NCBI GenBank assembly: GCA_021780195.1
Contig: JAJXZE010000004.1
Location: 1,584 to 65,583 of the forward strand
DNA: 64,000 bases
Source of the DNA: a bacterium
GTDB lineage: Bacteria > Patescibacteriota > Minisyncoccia > UBA6257 > 2-01-FULL-56-20
Direction: 5' to 3'
Below are positions 39,145 to 49,847 of this stretch, piece by piece; positions within the stretch are counted from its first letter, which is position 1, and each line of letters begins with the position of its first letter. The position numbers and the translations under genes were made by a program. The notes below the pieces were generated by a model. The model had not been told where the DNA came from and ran no database searches. It saw only the letters and a list, made by a program, of their open reading frames with translations.

Positions 39145-40398
39145 TCACGCAAGCGCTTTGCGCAGGATCCCGACTGCCGCTTCGATCTCTTCGCCGGTGG
39201 TCGGCCTTCCCAGACCGAACCGGATGCTTTCCCGCGCCCGCTCCTTTGAGCACCCCAGCGCTTCGATGACGTACGATGCCGTCGCCGCGCGCGCGCGGCA
39301 CGCGGAACCGGCCGAGGCGGCGACGCCCGCGAGATCAAGCTTCGTGAGCAATGTTTCCGCGGAGCGGCCGGGGAAATAAATATTCAGGATGTTGGGAAGC
39401 GTGTCCGGCGGCGCATCCAGGGCGCCCTCATCCGCGGCGCCGTTCACTTCCGCCTCGGGGCACGCTGTTTTTATCCCGCGCCACAGCCGCCCGCGAAGTT
39501 CGCCGATGCGCACGCGCTCCGCTTCCCGCTTCGCGTCCGCGATCCGCACCGCCTCCGCAAATCCCACAATCGCGGGCACGTTCTCGGTTCCCGAGCGCAG
39601 GCCGAACTCCTGCCCCCCTCCCGTGACGATGGGCGCGAGGAAAGCTTGGTCGCGGACATAGAGCGCGCCCGCGCCTTTCGGTCCATAGATCTTGTGCGAA
39701 GAAAACGTCATAAGATCCGCGCCGAGCGGGGCGGGGCGGCAATCAAGAAACTGCAGGGCCTGCACGGCGTCCGTATGGAGGAGCGGATAGCCGCGCGCCG
39801 GAGCAACCCTCGCGGCGGCGGCACCCGCAACGAGGCCGGTGCGGAATTCTTTTATTATCGCGGCGATCCTCGCGATCGGTTCCACAGTGCCGATTTCGTT
39901 ATTCGCGAACATTACGGACACGAGGATCGTGGAAGGCGTCAAGCTTTCTTTTATCTTTTTTTCATCGACCGTGCCTCGGGCGTCGACCGGCACGATGACG
40001 ACGTCCGCGCCCTCGCGCGCAAGATCCCGCGCGGTCTCAAGGATCGACTCGTGCTCGATCGCGGAGATCACGATGCGCGGCGCGGCGGCGCGTGCGTCGG
40101 CCCCCGGAGCCGCGCCGCGCGCCTTTTCGTCCCACGCCCGCGCGGCCGCGAACGCGCCGCGGAGGGCAAGATTGTTCGCCTCCGTCGCGGAACTTGTGAA
40201 AAGTATCTGCCGGAAATCCGCGCCGAGTGAGGCGGCGATCGCTTCGCGGGCGCGGTCCACCGCGGCGATCGCTTCCTGTCCGAACGCGTGGAGCGATCCC
40301 GGATTCCCGAACCGTTCCGTGAAATACGGCGTCATGGCGCGGAGCACCTCCGGATCGACCGGTGTCCCCGCGGCGTAATCAAGATAGATGCGCTTCAT
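39145..40398 (-). CDS. Cysteine desulfurase (class V aminotransferase, NifS/IscS-like)
   Basis: MKRIYLDYAAGTPVDPEVL..., SSHKIYGPKGAGALYV PLP-lysine region, C-terminal SAGSACRA active-site Cys loop. Confidence 0.85.
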   Translation of the reverse strand: MKRIYLDYAAGTPVDPEVLRAMTPYFTERFGNPGSLHAFGQEAIAAVDRAREAIAASLGADFRQILFTSSATEANNLALRGAFAAARAWDEKARGAAPGADARAAAPRIVISAIEHESILETARDLAREGADVVIVPVDARGTVDEKKIKESLTPSTILVSVMFANNEIGTVEPIARIAAIIKEFRTGLVAGAAAARVAPARGYPLLHTDAVQALQFLDCRPAPLGADLMTFSSHKIYGPKGAGALYVRDQAFLAPIVTGGGQEFGLRSGTENVPAIVGFAEAVRIADAKREAERVRIGELRGRLWRGIKTACPEAEVNGAADEGALDAPPDTLPNILNIYFPGRSAETLLTKLDLAGVAASAGSACRARAATASYVIEALGCSKERARESIRFGLGRPTTGEEIEAAVGILRKALA

Positions 40399-41015
40399 GG
40401 ACGGGGCGCGTGCGGCGCGGCGGGCGGTTCACCGGTGTGTGCGGCGGGGCGCGCGAATTCGACCCGGGCCGTTTCGCCGGTCATTTTGTTCGGCACGAGG
40501 AGCGACCGGTCCCGCAGATAAAGATCGTAGAGCTCCTTGGTGAGCTTCACGTCGTTCACGCAGTACGCCTTGAGTTCATCCATCTTCCCCTCGCGGTACA
40601 GCGCGCCCGCCTCGAAACCGTGGTGCTCCTTCGCCACACCGAGGTTCGCTTCCGCGAGGCGACTCAAGCTCACGCGCGCGCCGGTCGCAAGTTCGATTTC
40701 CTCCAGAAGATCCACGCGCTCCATCTTCCAGAGGTTCGGCGCCCCTCCCGCGAGATGAAGGCGCAGGAAATACTGCGTGAGCACCGGCACGTCGTAGCGG
40801 TTACTGCTGAACCCCACGATGGTGCCCGCGCGCGCGAAGAGCGCCGCGCAGGCCTTCATCTCCCCCTCTTCGAAAACGGAATATCGATCCTCGTCATAGG
40901 AATACGCCGCGACCACCGAGATTTTGAGCGCGGGGAAATTATCCCGCCCCACTCCCGGGTCGGTAAAGAAATTCTGCGTTTCGATGTCGAAGACGATCGT
41001 GTCCATGAGCCGCAC
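40395..41015 (-). CDS. DEDDy-type 3'-5' exonuclease (RNase H-like fold)
   Basis: Exo I FDIET, Exo II NRYDVPVL, Exo III YCVNDVKLTKELY. Confidence 0.65.
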   Translation of the reverse strand: MRLMDTIVFDIETQNFFTDPGVGRDNFPALKISVVAAYSYDEDRYSVFEEGEMKACAALFARAGTIVGFSSNRYDVPVLTQYFLRLHLAGGAPNLWKMERVDLLEEIELATGARVSLSRLAEANLGVAKEHHGFEAGALYREGKMDELKAYCVNDVKLTKELYDLYLRDRSLLVPNKMTGETARVEFARPAAHTGEPPAAPHAPRP

Positions 41016-41494
41016 TAGACGTGCCGGTCGGCGACGTTCGAAGCGGCATAGCTCTCCGGCTTGATCTTCGCCTCGAAGTTGCTCGCGCGGATCATCGCCA
41101 CCACCTCTTGGATCACGGCCTTCGTCGGGCCGTTCATGCCGACGTCCGCGTGGATCTCGAACGCGAAGTCGGGATGGTCGGACTTCCTGAGCTCCGCGAG
41201 CACCTTCTCCGCGACCTCGAGCGAGATCAGCACTTCCTTGATCATGCGGTCGCGGAGGGTATGGAATTTTCCGAGGGTGAATCGGCGCCAGAAGTACCGG
41301 CCGCCGTTTCCCACGCGGTGCACGACGATCGCGGTCACGAAGTCGGCGTCCTTGCCGCTCAGGAGCTCCGAGTCGGTGCCGATCGTCACCTTATACCGGC
41401 GGCGCGGTTCCGCGCGCATGAAATCGACGATGGCGCGCGCCACCTCGTCCACCGTCATGCGGATTCCGAGCGAACTGTTTAAAAATTCCGGCAT
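41015..41494 (-). CDS. DUF458 / YkuK-like RNase H-fold protein
   Basis: KVTIGTDSE...ADFVTAIVVH pattern resembles the YkuK family; overlaps the downstream exonuclease gene by 1 nt. Confidence 0.5.
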   Translation of the reverse strand: MPEFLNSSLGIRMTVDEVARAIVDFMRAEPRRRYKVTIGTDSELLSGKDADFVTAIVVHRVGNGGRYFWRRFTLGKFHTLRDRMIKEVLISLEVAEKVLAELRKSDHPDFAFEIHADVGMNGPTKAVIQEVVAMIRASNFEAKIKPESYAASNVADRHV

Positions 41495-41527
41495 GTACGC
41501 GCATCATACCGCCGCCCCGCGGGGGCG

Positions 41528-42352
41528 TCAACGCGCCGCGATGAGCCGCCGTACGATGGCCTTCGTGTCCTCCGGGCCACGCACGGCGATGCACCTTACG
41601 CCCGTGCGCCGGGCGGCGTAGTCGTTCCCTCCCGGGAAGAGCGCATCCCCCACGAAAAGCATTTTCCGGATCGGCACGCGGAGCCGCCGTTCGATCTGCC
41701 GCACCCCGTAGGCCTTATCGATTCCCTTGCGGGTCACGTCGATCGAAGTGAATCCCGCCGCATGAACCTCGAGCCCCGGCAGGCGCGCGGCGAGCATCTT
41801 CGCCATACGGAGCTTGAGCGGCGTATTGTTCTTCTTCCATTCTTCCTTGAGGCGCACTCCCCGCTTCCCGAGCACCGCGACCGCGTCCTGCCCGAGCGCC
41901 GAAAACGTCACCTGCGTTCCGCGGTCCTCGATCACCGGCCCGTAGGTTTTCTCGGGATGGAGGTAGCCCGCTTCGCGGAACACCTCACGAAACGCTTTCT
42001 TTATTTCCCGCCGTGTGCGCTTCGGGAGTGCGAGCGTGTAGACGTTCTTCCATCCGCGGTCGTAGCGGTACAACGCGGTCGAGGTTGTCGGGAAAAGAGA
42101 GAGATTGGCGAGTATGGCGCGGCGGTGCCGCGCGGCGGCGGCCCCGTCGCCGCGCAGGGCGCGCAAGAGCGGCGTCACGAGCTGTTCCCTGAAGAGCGAC
42201 CATCGCCCGCCTCCGATCACCGCCACTTTTTTCACCGAGAGAAGACGGACGAAGAGGCGCGCCATCTCGCCATCCATCGGCGCCTTGCTCGGCGTGAGCG
42301 TGCCGTCGAGGTCGAATACCACGAGTTCCGGTCCCTTCGCCGCGCGATTCAT
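41528..42352 (-). CDS. HAD-superfamily hydrolase (subfamily IIB-like)
   Basis: Motif I VVFDLDGTLT; C-terminal FVGDALFPGGND motif IV; start at MNRAAKG (the track ORF has a long spurious extension). Confidence 0.7.
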   Translation of the reverse strand: MNRAAKGPELVVFDLDGTLTPSKAPMDGEMARLFVRLLSVKKVAVIGGGRWSLFREQLVTPLLRALRGDGAAAARHRRAILANLSLFPTTSTALYRYDRGWKNVYTLALPKRTRREIKKAFREVFREAGYLHPEKTYGPVIEDRGTQVTFSALGQDAVAVLGKRGVRLKEEWKKNNTPLKLRMAKMLAARLPGLEVHAAGFTSIDVTRKGIDKAYGVRQIERRLRVPIRKMLFVGDALFPGGNDYAARRTGVRCIAVRGPEDTKAIVRRLIAAR

Positions 42353-42392
42353 TTTGAAATTATACCTCGCGGGAGTAAAATTGAGGAAAACC

Positions 42393-44588
42393 GTGGCAAA
42401 GAAGAATTCCAAATCCCGCAGGAACGGACGCTCCGTGCCATCCGCGGCCGATAGCCGAGGCGGCCGCGGCGATCGCGGGGACCGCGCACAGGAAGCGCAC
42501 CGCCTCCATCCCGACACCAAGAAAAGCATCTGGGGCGTGGCCTTCGTGTGCATCGCCCTCGTACTGATCCTCGCCGGATTCGCGGAAGCGGGACCCGCGG
42601 GCGCCGCGGCGTACCGGTGGCTCGATACCCTTTTTGGATGGGGATACTTCATCCTTCCGACGACGCTCGTCTTCGCCGCGATCGTCTTCTTCCTCTCCGA
42701 CCGGAGAAAGCTGGTTTCCACCACCCTCATGGGTTCGGCGCTCCTCATCCTCTCCTTCCTCGGCCTCATCGAGATCTTCGCGGCGGGAAAAGGCGGCTGG
42801 CTCGGGCTCGTACTCGGTTCGCTCCATTATCCGTTCGGCACGGTCGCCGCGGCGGTGATCGATCTTTTCATCCTCGTGATCGCCGTGCTCGTGACGGCGA
42901 ACGTGCCGATCAGGATCTCCTGGCCGAAGGAGGAGGACGCGGAAGCCGGAGAGGAAGAGACAGGGAAGGAAGCGGCGCCCCTGGTAGTAACGGGAGAATC
43001 ATCGATTGAGCCGCAAAAGAAGAAAGAGCCGGCGCCGGCTGATACCGCGCCCCAGGAAGACAAGGTGGCGGTCGTCGAGGCGAAAATGGACATGAAAACC
43101 GGAAAGAAGACCAAGGTCCCCGTCTTTGCGAATTACGTCCCGCCGCCGCTCTCGCTTCTCCGCACGGAAGCCGGAAAACCCACGACGGGCGACCTCCTCG
43201 CAAACGCGAACATCATCAAACGTACGCTCGAGAGCTTCGGCATCGCGGTCGAGATGGGAGAGATCAACGTCGGCCCCGCGGTCACGCGCTACACGCTGAA
43301 GCCGGCGGAAGGCATGAAGCTCTCGCGCATCACGGCACTGAACCAGGACCTCGCGCTCGCCTTGGCCGCGCATCCGATCCGCATCGAAGCCCCGATCCCG
43401 GGCAAGGCGCTCGTCGGGATCGAAGTGCCGAACAAGGCGGCGGCGCTCGTCCGCCTCGGGAGCCTGATGAACTACCCGGATTTCGCCCAGTCGGGTCCCT
43501 TGGGATTCATCCTCGGACGCGACGTTTCGGGCGAGCCCGTCTTCACGAGCATCGAGAAGATGCCCCACCTCCTCGTCGCGGGCGCGACCGGATCCGGCAA
43601 ATCGATCCTCGTTCATTCGCTCCTTGTTTCTCTCCTTTATAAGAACTCGCCGCAGACCCTGAAGCTCGTTCTCATCGACCCCAAGCGGGTGGAACTTTCG
43701 ATCTACGACCAAATCCCCCATCTCGTGAGCCCCGTTATCACGGACAACAAAAAGGCGGTCGGCGTCTTCCGCTGGGCGATCAGCGAAATGGAACGGCGCT
43801 ACGAACTGCTCCAGCGCGCCGGTAGCCGCGACATCAAGAGCTACAACGCGGCACACCATGGCGAGGAATCGCTCCCCTATATCCTCATCGTGATCGATGA
43901 AATGGCGGACCTCATGACCTCCTACGGACGCGACGTCGAAGGATCCATTGTGCGCCTTGCGCAGATGGCGCGCGCAACGGGCATCCATCTCCTCCTCGCC
44001 ACCCAACGTCCATCCGTCGAAGTCATCACGGGCCTCATCAAGGCGAACATCACCGCGCGCATCGCGCTCCAGGTGGCGTCGCAGATCGACTCGCGCACCA
44101 TCCTCGATGCCGCGGGCGCCGAGAAGCTCCTCGGCCACGGCGACCTGCTCTTCCTCTCGGCCGAACTCTCCAAGCCGCGGCGTATCCAGGGCGCTTTCAT
44201 CACCGAGGACGAGATCAAGAGCGTCGCAAACTTCATCCGCGAGCACAACAGGCCCGAGATGCGCGAACGCGACGCGGCGGAATCCGCGGGCGGCGGTGCG
44301 GGTGCGGGAGGCGCCACGGCCGCCGGCGGCGTTTCGATCCCGGGAGATTTCGATGGCTTCACGGGGAGCGAGGATGAGGACGGCGACGAGATGTTCGACG
44401 AAGCGCTCGCGGTCGTCCTTGAAGCCAAGAAGGGATCCGCCTCCCTCCTCCAGCGGCGGCTCAAAGTGGGATACGCCCGCGCGGCGCGCCTCCTCGATCT
44501 CATGGAAAGCCGGGGCTTCATCGGCCCGGGCGAGGGGGCCAAGCCGCGGGATGTTAATATAGAGAAGATAGAGGAATACCTGTCGTAA
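42393..44588 (+). CDS. ftsK: DNA translocase FtsK/SpoIIIE
   Basis: N-terminal four TM; motor domain GATGSGKS, IVIDEMADLM; C-terminal gamma winged helix LLQRRLKVGYARAARLLDLMESRGFIG; start at GTG 42393 (or TTG 42381) after GAGGA RBS. Confidence 0.85.
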   Translation: MAKKNSKSRRNGRSVPSAADSRGGRGDRGDRAQEAHRLHPDTKKSIWGVAFVCIALVLILAGFAEAGPAGAAAYRWLDTLFGWGYFILPTTLVFAAIVFFLSDRRKLVSTTLMGSALLILSFLGLIEIFAAGKGGWLGLVLGSLHYPFGTVAAAVIDLFILVIAVLVTANVPIRISWPKEEDAEAGEEETGKEAAPLVVTGESSIEPQKKKEPAPADTAPQEDKVAVVEAKMDMKTGKKTKVPVFANYVPPPLSLLRTEAGKPTTGDLLANANIIKRTLESFGIAVEMGEINVGPAVTRYTLKPAEGMKLSRITALNQDLALALAAHPIRIEAPIPGKALVGIEVPNKAAALVRLGSLMNYPDFAQSGPLGFILGRDVSGEPVFTSIEKMPHLLVAGATGSGKSILVHSLLVSLLYKNSPQTLKLVLIDPKRVELSIYDQIPHLVSPVITDNKKAVGVFRWAISEMERRYELLQRAGSRDIKSYNAAHHGEESLPYILIVIDEMADLMTSYGRDVEGSIVRLAQMARATGIHLLLATQRPSVEVITGLIKANITARIALQVASQIDSRTILDAAGAEKLLGHGDLLFLSAELSKPRRIQGAFITEDEIKSVANFIREHNRPEMRERDAAESAGGGAGAGGATAAGGVSIPGDFDGFTGSEDEDGDEMFDEALAVVLEAKKGSASLLQRRLKVGYARAARLLDLMESRGFIGPGEGAKPRDVNIEKIEEYLS

Positions 44589-44622
44589 AACCTCAGTCCA
44601 CAAATCGCCCACGTATACCCTC

Positions 44623-45393
44623 ATGCCGAACGATTACGAATCTTTCCCTTTTGAAGTGTTCCTTGCGGAACAGCTCAAGAACCACGGCATCACCCTGAAG
44701 AAACTCTCGGATGTCACCGGCATCGCGCCGGTTCATCTTGAGAATCTCGTCCATGGAAATTACGACGAGATGCCGTCCGCACCCTACTTCCACGGTTATC
44801 TTTCGGAAATCGGCCGGGTGCTCGGTTTCGATGCCGAGGAGTGGTGGGTAAAGCTCAAAAAGGAGGGCCTTGTCAAAAATTCAGGCCCACAGGACGAACT
44901 CCCCCGCAACCGCTTCGTCCGGCAATCCGCGCCCAAGCTTCTCTGGGGACTCGCGGCGGCCGCGGGGCTTCTTGCCATCTATTTTGCCTTTGCCTTCCCG
45001 CGGATATTCGGCACCCCCTCGCTCACCGTCGTTTATCCGGTGGAAAATCCGTCCGTCGCCACCACGACCACGGTCACGATCCAAGGCACGGTCAGGAATG
45101 CCGATGCGGTCTACCTCTCGAACGGCAGTACGTCATCGAGCGACGAAATCATGATCGCGCCCGACGGTTCGTGGCAAAAAACCGTCCTGCTCCAGAACGG
45201 GCTGAACACCTTCGAAATAAGCGCGAAGAAATTCCTCGGCGGCGAGACCAGCATCACCGAACAGATACTCTACCAGGCGCCCGGAGGAACGCCTGGAGCA
45301 TCATCATCCACCTCGTCTTCGTCGCCGGGTTCGGGCGGCGGTGCGGGTGCGGGTTCGATTTCCGTCCCGCCCGGGAACGCCTCGGGGCTTTAA
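44623..45393 (+). CDS. RodZ-like protein (Xre-type HTH, one TM, Ser/Thr-rich C-terminus)
   Basis: N-terminal HTH LKKLSDVTGIAPVHLENLVHGNYDEMPSAPYFHGYLSEIGRVLGFD; TM LLWGLAAAAGLLAIYFAF. Confidence 0.6.
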   Translation: MPNDYESFPFEVFLAEQLKNHGITLKKLSDVTGIAPVHLENLVHGNYDEMPSAPYFHGYLSEIGRVLGFDAEEWWVKLKKEGLVKNSGPQDELPRNRFVRQSAPKLLWGLAAAAGLLAIYFAFAFPRIFGTPSLTVVYPVENPSVATTTTVTIQGTVRNADAVYLSNGSTSSSDEIMIAPDGSWQKTVLLQNGLNTFEISAKKFLGGETSITEQILYQAPGGTPGASSSTSSSSPGSGGGAGAGSISVPPGNASGL

Positions 45394-45428
45394 GGAAATT
45401 TTAATCGCGGCTCTGGTATAATGGACAT

Positions 45429-46481
45429 ATGAATCCATCAAAAAAAGACGGGAAGCCGGAGGAAAAGAAAGAGGAAAAAAAGGAGGAAAAAAACAGGGAC
45501 CTGGACAATCTGCTTGCATCGCTCCAGGAAAAGTTCGGCGAAGGCGCGATCATGCGCCTCGGCGAAGTGAGCCGCGTGAACGTGGCGGTCGTCCCGACCG
45601 GCTCGTTCTCGCTCGATCTCGCTCTCGGGGTGGGCGGCCTGCCCCGCGGGCGCGTGGTCGAGATTTTCGGTCCTGAATCGAGCGGCAAAACCACGCTCGC
45701 GCTCAACGTCATCGCCCAGGCGCAGAAACAGGGCGGCCGATGCGCCTTTATCGACGCGGAGCACGCCATGGACCCGGAATACGCGGCGCGCCTCGGCGTG
45801 AAGGTGAACGACCTTCTTATTTCCCAGCCGGATGACGGCGAGGAAGCGTTGAACATCCTCGAAAGCCTGGTGCGCTCCAAGATGATCTCGGTCGTCGTTG
45901 TTGATTCCGTGGCCGCGCTCACCCCGCGCGCGGAGATCGAGGGCGAAATGGGGGAACAGCACGTGGGACGCCAGGCGCGCATGATGGCGCAGGCGCTCCG
46001 CAAGCTCACCTCTGCCGCGGCGCAGACCCAGACGATGATCATCTTCATCAACCAGCTCCGCATGAAGATCGGCGTCATGTTCGGGAACCCGGAGACGACG
46101 CCCGGCGGCATGGCGCTCAAGTTCGCCGCCTCGGTGCGCATCGACATCCGCCGCATCGCGCAGGTCAAGAAAGGCGATGCCGTCGTCGGCAACCGCGTGA
46201 AGGCGAAAGTGGTGAAAAACAAGGTCGCGGCGCCGTTCCGCGCCGCCGAGTTCGATATCATGTTCGGCGAGGGCATTTCCTACGAGAGCGACGTGCTGAA
46301 TGCGGCGATCAACCGCGGCGTGGTCAAGAAATCCGGCGCAAGCCTGAGTTTTGAAGGCGAACGCCTCGGCGCCGGTTTCGACAATGCGCGCCTGAAGCTC
46401 AAGGGAGACGTGAAGACGCTTGAAGCGATCAAGAAGCGCATCATTGAGGAGATGCACAAGGAGGAAGTGAGGGTGGAGTAG
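45429..46481 (+). CDS. recA: Recombinase RecA
   Basis: [11 protein letters not shown], Walker [24 protein letters not shown], full-length 350 aa. Confidence 0.95.
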   Translation: MNPSKKDGKPEEKKEEKKEEKNRDLDNLLASLQEKFGEGAIMRLGEVSRVNVAVVPTGSFSLDLALGVGGLPRGRVVEIFGPESSGKTTLALNVIAQAQKQGGRCAFIDAEHAMDPEYAARLGVKVNDLLISQPDDGEEALNILESLVRSKMISVVVVDSVAALTPRAEIEGEMGEQHVGRQARMMAQALRKLTSAAAQTQTMIIFINQLRMKIGVMFGNPETTPGGMALKFAASVRIDIRRIAQVKKGDAVVGNRVKAKVVKNKVAAPFRAAEFDIMFGEGISYESDVLNAAINRGVVKKSGASLSFEGERLGAGFDNARLKLKGDVKTLEAIKKRIIEEMHKEEVRVE

Positions 46482-46581
46482 GACTCGGGGTGCGGTCCGG
46501 CAGACATCATCTCTCCGGAACATTTACGCGGGAGGGGCGCTGCCGAAACAGGCATCTGGCAGGGAGCGCAGAGCCGCTCCC

Positions 46582-47655
46582 TTACTGGAGCCGCGCCACG
46601 GCCGCGGTGAAGCCGTTCTTCGAGGTGCTGATCACGAGATACGTCTGATACCAGCCGTAGGTCAGGCCGTCCGCCCGCGTGCGGACGGCATTCCCGCCAA
46701 GCACGGCATCCATGAACGCGCCGGACGATGCGCCGCCGGAGAGAAAAAGGTTCGCAGTATTGGGCGATGATTCGAGCGCCGACACGGGGCCTTCGAGCGC
46801 CGCCCAGTTCTCCCCTTGGTCGAGCGAGAGGACATAGCCGGGCGCGAATCCGCCTGCGGCGCGATACGCGAAAAACGTCGCGTCGGGACTGAAGTGCGCC
46901 GCGAGGATCCCGGGATCAATCACCGATGCATTTTCCGCCGCAAGAAGATCGCTGATCGCAACGCCGGTGGCGTCCGGGTTTCTGACGCTGATTTCGACCA
47001 TGCTCGCACTCCTGTTCGCCCCCGCGAGCAGGGCGGAGATTTTCTGGCTCAACGTCGAAAGATCGGCCGCGCTCGAAGCGGCGCCCTGCGGTGCGAGCGT
47101 GAACGCGAGCGTCTGATCCGCGGGCTTTTTGAATAGCGACACGTGCGTAAATGGACCGGCAGGGACCGCGGCACCGCTTGTCGCGCCCGACGCAGAAACA
47201 GGGGCAGAATTTGATGCGGACGAGGTCGCGGGGGATGGCGCGGCGGGTGTGTTTGCTACCGCAATCGGTGTAGTCGATGACGCGGGGGCCGCGCCGGAAC
47301 CGGCGCCCATGCCCGTGGCACCGAAGAATGGCAGGCCGCCTCCCTGGTACGCGCGATACACAAAATACCCCGCCCCTCCGAGGACGGCGAGGACGATCAC
47401 GATGATGACGAGCGCCCTGATCCCCCGTCCGCGGCTTGCGGCAACGGGCGCAAGGGGCGCCTCCACGGTCATCCCCATATTCTCCACCTGCACCGTTTCG
47501 AAGCGCGGGAGTCCTCCCCCGCTTTTCGCCATCGATTCAAGATCGGAGCGCATCGTCCGCACCTTCACCTCCGGAGGAGGCGGAGGCGCCGTGGGCGTCC
47601 CGCCCGATGCGGCCGATGGAAAATTATTGTCCGGGAACCCTTCCATACTCTCCAT
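46582..47655 (-). CDS. Hypothetical membrane-anchored protein (Pro-rich N-terminus, one TM, Ala/Ser-rich extracytoplasmic domain)
   Basis: ORF; TM ALVIIVIVLAVLGGAGYFVY. Confidence 0.45.
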   Translation of the reverse strand: MESMEGFPDNNFPSAASGGTPTAPPPPPEVKVRTMRSDLESMAKSGGGLPRFETVQVENMGMTVEAPLAPVAASRGRGIRALVIIVIVLAVLGGAGYFVYRAYQGGGLPFFGATGMGAGSGAAPASSTTPIAVANTPAAPSPATSSASNSAPVSASGATSGAAVPAGPFTHVSLFKKPADQTLAFTLAPQGAASSAADLSTLSQKISALLAGANRSASMVEISVRNPDATGVAISDLLAAENASVIDPGILAAHFSPDATFFAYRAAGGFAPGYVLSLDQGENWAALEGPVSALESSPNTANLFLSGGASSGAFMDAVLGGNAVRTRADGLTYGWYQTYLVISTSKNGFTAAVARLQ

Positions 47656-47716
47656 TCTACCACGAAAAAGCCGCGGCGCATGCCGCGGCTTCCGCGCACG
47701 ATCCCGATGCGCGTCC

Positions 47717-49822
47717 CTATTGCATCTGCTTCAGAGAGAGGCCGATCCTCCCGTCATCCGAGACGCGGATGATCTTCGCGCGCACGAAGTCGCCCACCTT
47801 CACCACTTCGTCCACGGTCTTCACGAAGCCGTTCTTGAGCTCCGAGATGTGGATCATGCCGTCCTTGCCGCCGCCGAGATCCACGATCGCGCCGACCTCG
47901 ATGATCTTTATGATGCTTCCCTCGACGACCTCCCCCACCTTGAACTCACGGGTGATGCCCTTGATCTCCGCGACCGCCGCGTCCACCTTCTCTAGGTCCA
48001 TGCCCGAGATGAAGACGCCGCCGTCCTCATCGATGTCGATGCCCGCAAGGCCGTACTTCTCGATGAGGCCGTTGATCACCTTGCCGCCGGGGCCGATCAC
48101 CGCGCCGATCTTGTCGGTCGGGATGATGAGCGTCCTGATCTTCGGCACAAAGGGTGAAAGCTCCTCGCGGTGCTTCGGGAGCACGCGATTAATGACCTCG
48201 AGGATCTCGAGCCGCGCTTTGCGCGCCTGCGCCATGGTCTTTTCGAGGATCTCGATCGTGAGCCCGTCCACCTTCACGTCCATCTGCATGCCCGTCACTC
48301 CGTCCGCGGTACCCGCCACTTTGCAGTCCATATCGCCGTGGTGGTCTTCCGGCCCCTGAATGTCCGTGAGCACCTTGTACTCGTTCACATCCTTCATCAT
48401 GAGACCCATCGCGATGCCCGCCGCCGGCTTCTTCAAGGGGACGCCCGCATCCATGAGCGAGAGCGCCGACGCGCAGACGGTCGCCATGGATGACGATCCG
48501 TTCGATGACATGATCTCGGAGACCACGCGGATCGTGTACGGGAATTCCTCCTTCGTGGGGATCAGACGCTCAAGCGATTTGCGCGCGAGATTGCCGTGCC
48601 CGATCTCGCGGCGGCCCGGACCGCGGAAGGTGCCTACCTCGCCCACCGAGAACGGCGGGAAGTTGTAGTGCAACATGAAGCGGCGCTTGCCGTTCGTTTC
48701 CATGGTCTCGATGAGCTGTTCCGCACCGGGCGCGGCGAGCGTCGTGACCGCGAGAGCCTGCGTGTTGCCGCGGACGAAAAGCGCCGAGCCGTGCGTGCGC
48801 GAGAAGAGCTTCACCTCGCCGTCGAGCGCGCGGAGCTCGTCAAGCTTGCGGCCGTCGGAACGCCGCTCGTTCGCGAGGATCTCGCGGTGGACGATGTTAT
48901 TGATCGCGTCTTCATAGAGGAAGTCCGCGGCCTTCCAGTCGACGGCCGTGCCCTTGTCTTCGCGCGTTTCCCTGAGATGTAAAAAGAGCTCCGTCTTCAG
49001 TGCCCCGATCGCGCTCGACTGTTCCGCCTTCAGCGGGCGGAAGAATGCCGCGTCGAGCTTGTCCTTCAAAAATTCTGCCACCGCCGCTTTCAGTGCCTCG
49101 TCCGGTTCGGCGGTCGCGACGGCCGCCTTTTCCTTGCCGATCTCCTTGCGGATCTTTTCCTGGAATTCCGCGAGGGCGTTGATCTCCTTCTGCGCAAGCT
49201 CGAAGCCGTGCACGATGTCCTTCTCCTCGGCATCGAGGCCGCCGAGCTCGAGCATGTTGATGCGGTCCTTGGACCCGGAGACGAACGCATCGAACGCGGG
49301 CGGGTTCGCCGCGATATACGAGTTGTCGGGGTTGATCCTGAATTCGCTCCCGACCTGCGCCACGCGCACGCCGGCCACGGGCCCCTTCCACGGGATGTCC
49401 GAGATGAGGAGCGCCGTCGAAGCACCGAGAAGCCCCACGAACTCCGGGTCGTTCTCCTCGTCGATCTGAAGCACCGTCACGACCACCTGGATCTCGTGCC
49501 GGATGCGATCGTTGAAAAGCGGCCTGATCGTGCGGTCCACGAGGCGTCCCGCGAGGATCGCTTCTTCGGACGAACGTCCTTCGCGCCGGACGTACCGGCT
49601 ACCGATGATCTTGCCCGCGGCGTAAAACTTCTCTTCGTAGTCCACTTTGAGCGGGAGGTAGTCCGTATTCGCCTCCTTGTGCGTCATGACCGCAGTCGCG
49701 AGGACCACCGTCTCGCCGTACTTCGCGATCACCGCCGCGTTCGCCTGTTCGGCGAGCGCCGACGTCTCGATCGTCAGGGTTTTGCCCGCCACCTCGATTG
49801 AAAATTGTTTCTTTTGCAGCAT
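47717..49822 (-). CDS. pnp: Polyribonucleotide nucleotidyltransferase
   Basis: 701 aa, two RNase PH domains, KH and S1 C-terminal domains. Confidence 0.95.
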   Translation of the reverse strand: MLQKKQFSIEVAGKTLTIETSALAEQANAAVIAKYGETVVLATAVMTHKEANTDYLPLKVDYEEKFYAAGKIIGSRYVRREGRSSEEAILAGRLVDRTIRPLFNDRIRHEIQVVVTVLQIDEENDPEFVGLLGASTALLISDIPWKGPVAGVRVAQVGSEFRINPDNSYIAANPPAFDAFVSGSKDRINMLELGGLDAEEKDIVHGFELAQKEINALAEFQEKIRKEIGKEKAAVATAEPDEALKAAVAEFLKDKLDAAFFRPLKAEQSSAIGALKTELFLHLRETREDKGTAVDWKAADFLYEDAINNIVHREILANERRSDGRKLDELRALDGEVKLFSRTHGSALFVRGNTQALAVTTLAAPGAEQLIETMETNGKRRFMLHYNFPPFSVGEVGTFRGPGRREIGHGNLARKSLERLIPTKEEFPYTIRVVSEIMSSNGSSSMATVCASALSLMDAGVPLKKPAAGIAMGLMMKDVNEYKVLTDIQGPEDHHGDMDCKVAGTADGVTGMQMDVKVDGLTIEILEKTMAQARKARLEILEVINRVLPKHREELSPFVPKIRTLIIPTDKIGAVIGPGGKVINGLIEKYGLAGIDIDEDGGVFISGMDLEKVDAAVAEIKGITREFKVGEVVEGSIIKIIEVGAIVDLGGGKDGMIHISELKNGFVKTVDEVVKVGDFVRAKIIRVSDDGRIGLSLKQMQ

Positions 49823-49847
49823 TGCTTTTCTTTAATGAATAGTTTCT

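Noticed and set aside
42105-42392. N-terminal extension of ftsK in the track ORF (starts at 42105)
   Set aside because: It overlaps the convergent-frame HAD hydrolase gene on the other strand, with no Met in frame. A GTG/TTG start with a GAGGA RBS at 42381-42393 gives a normal FtsK N-terminus.
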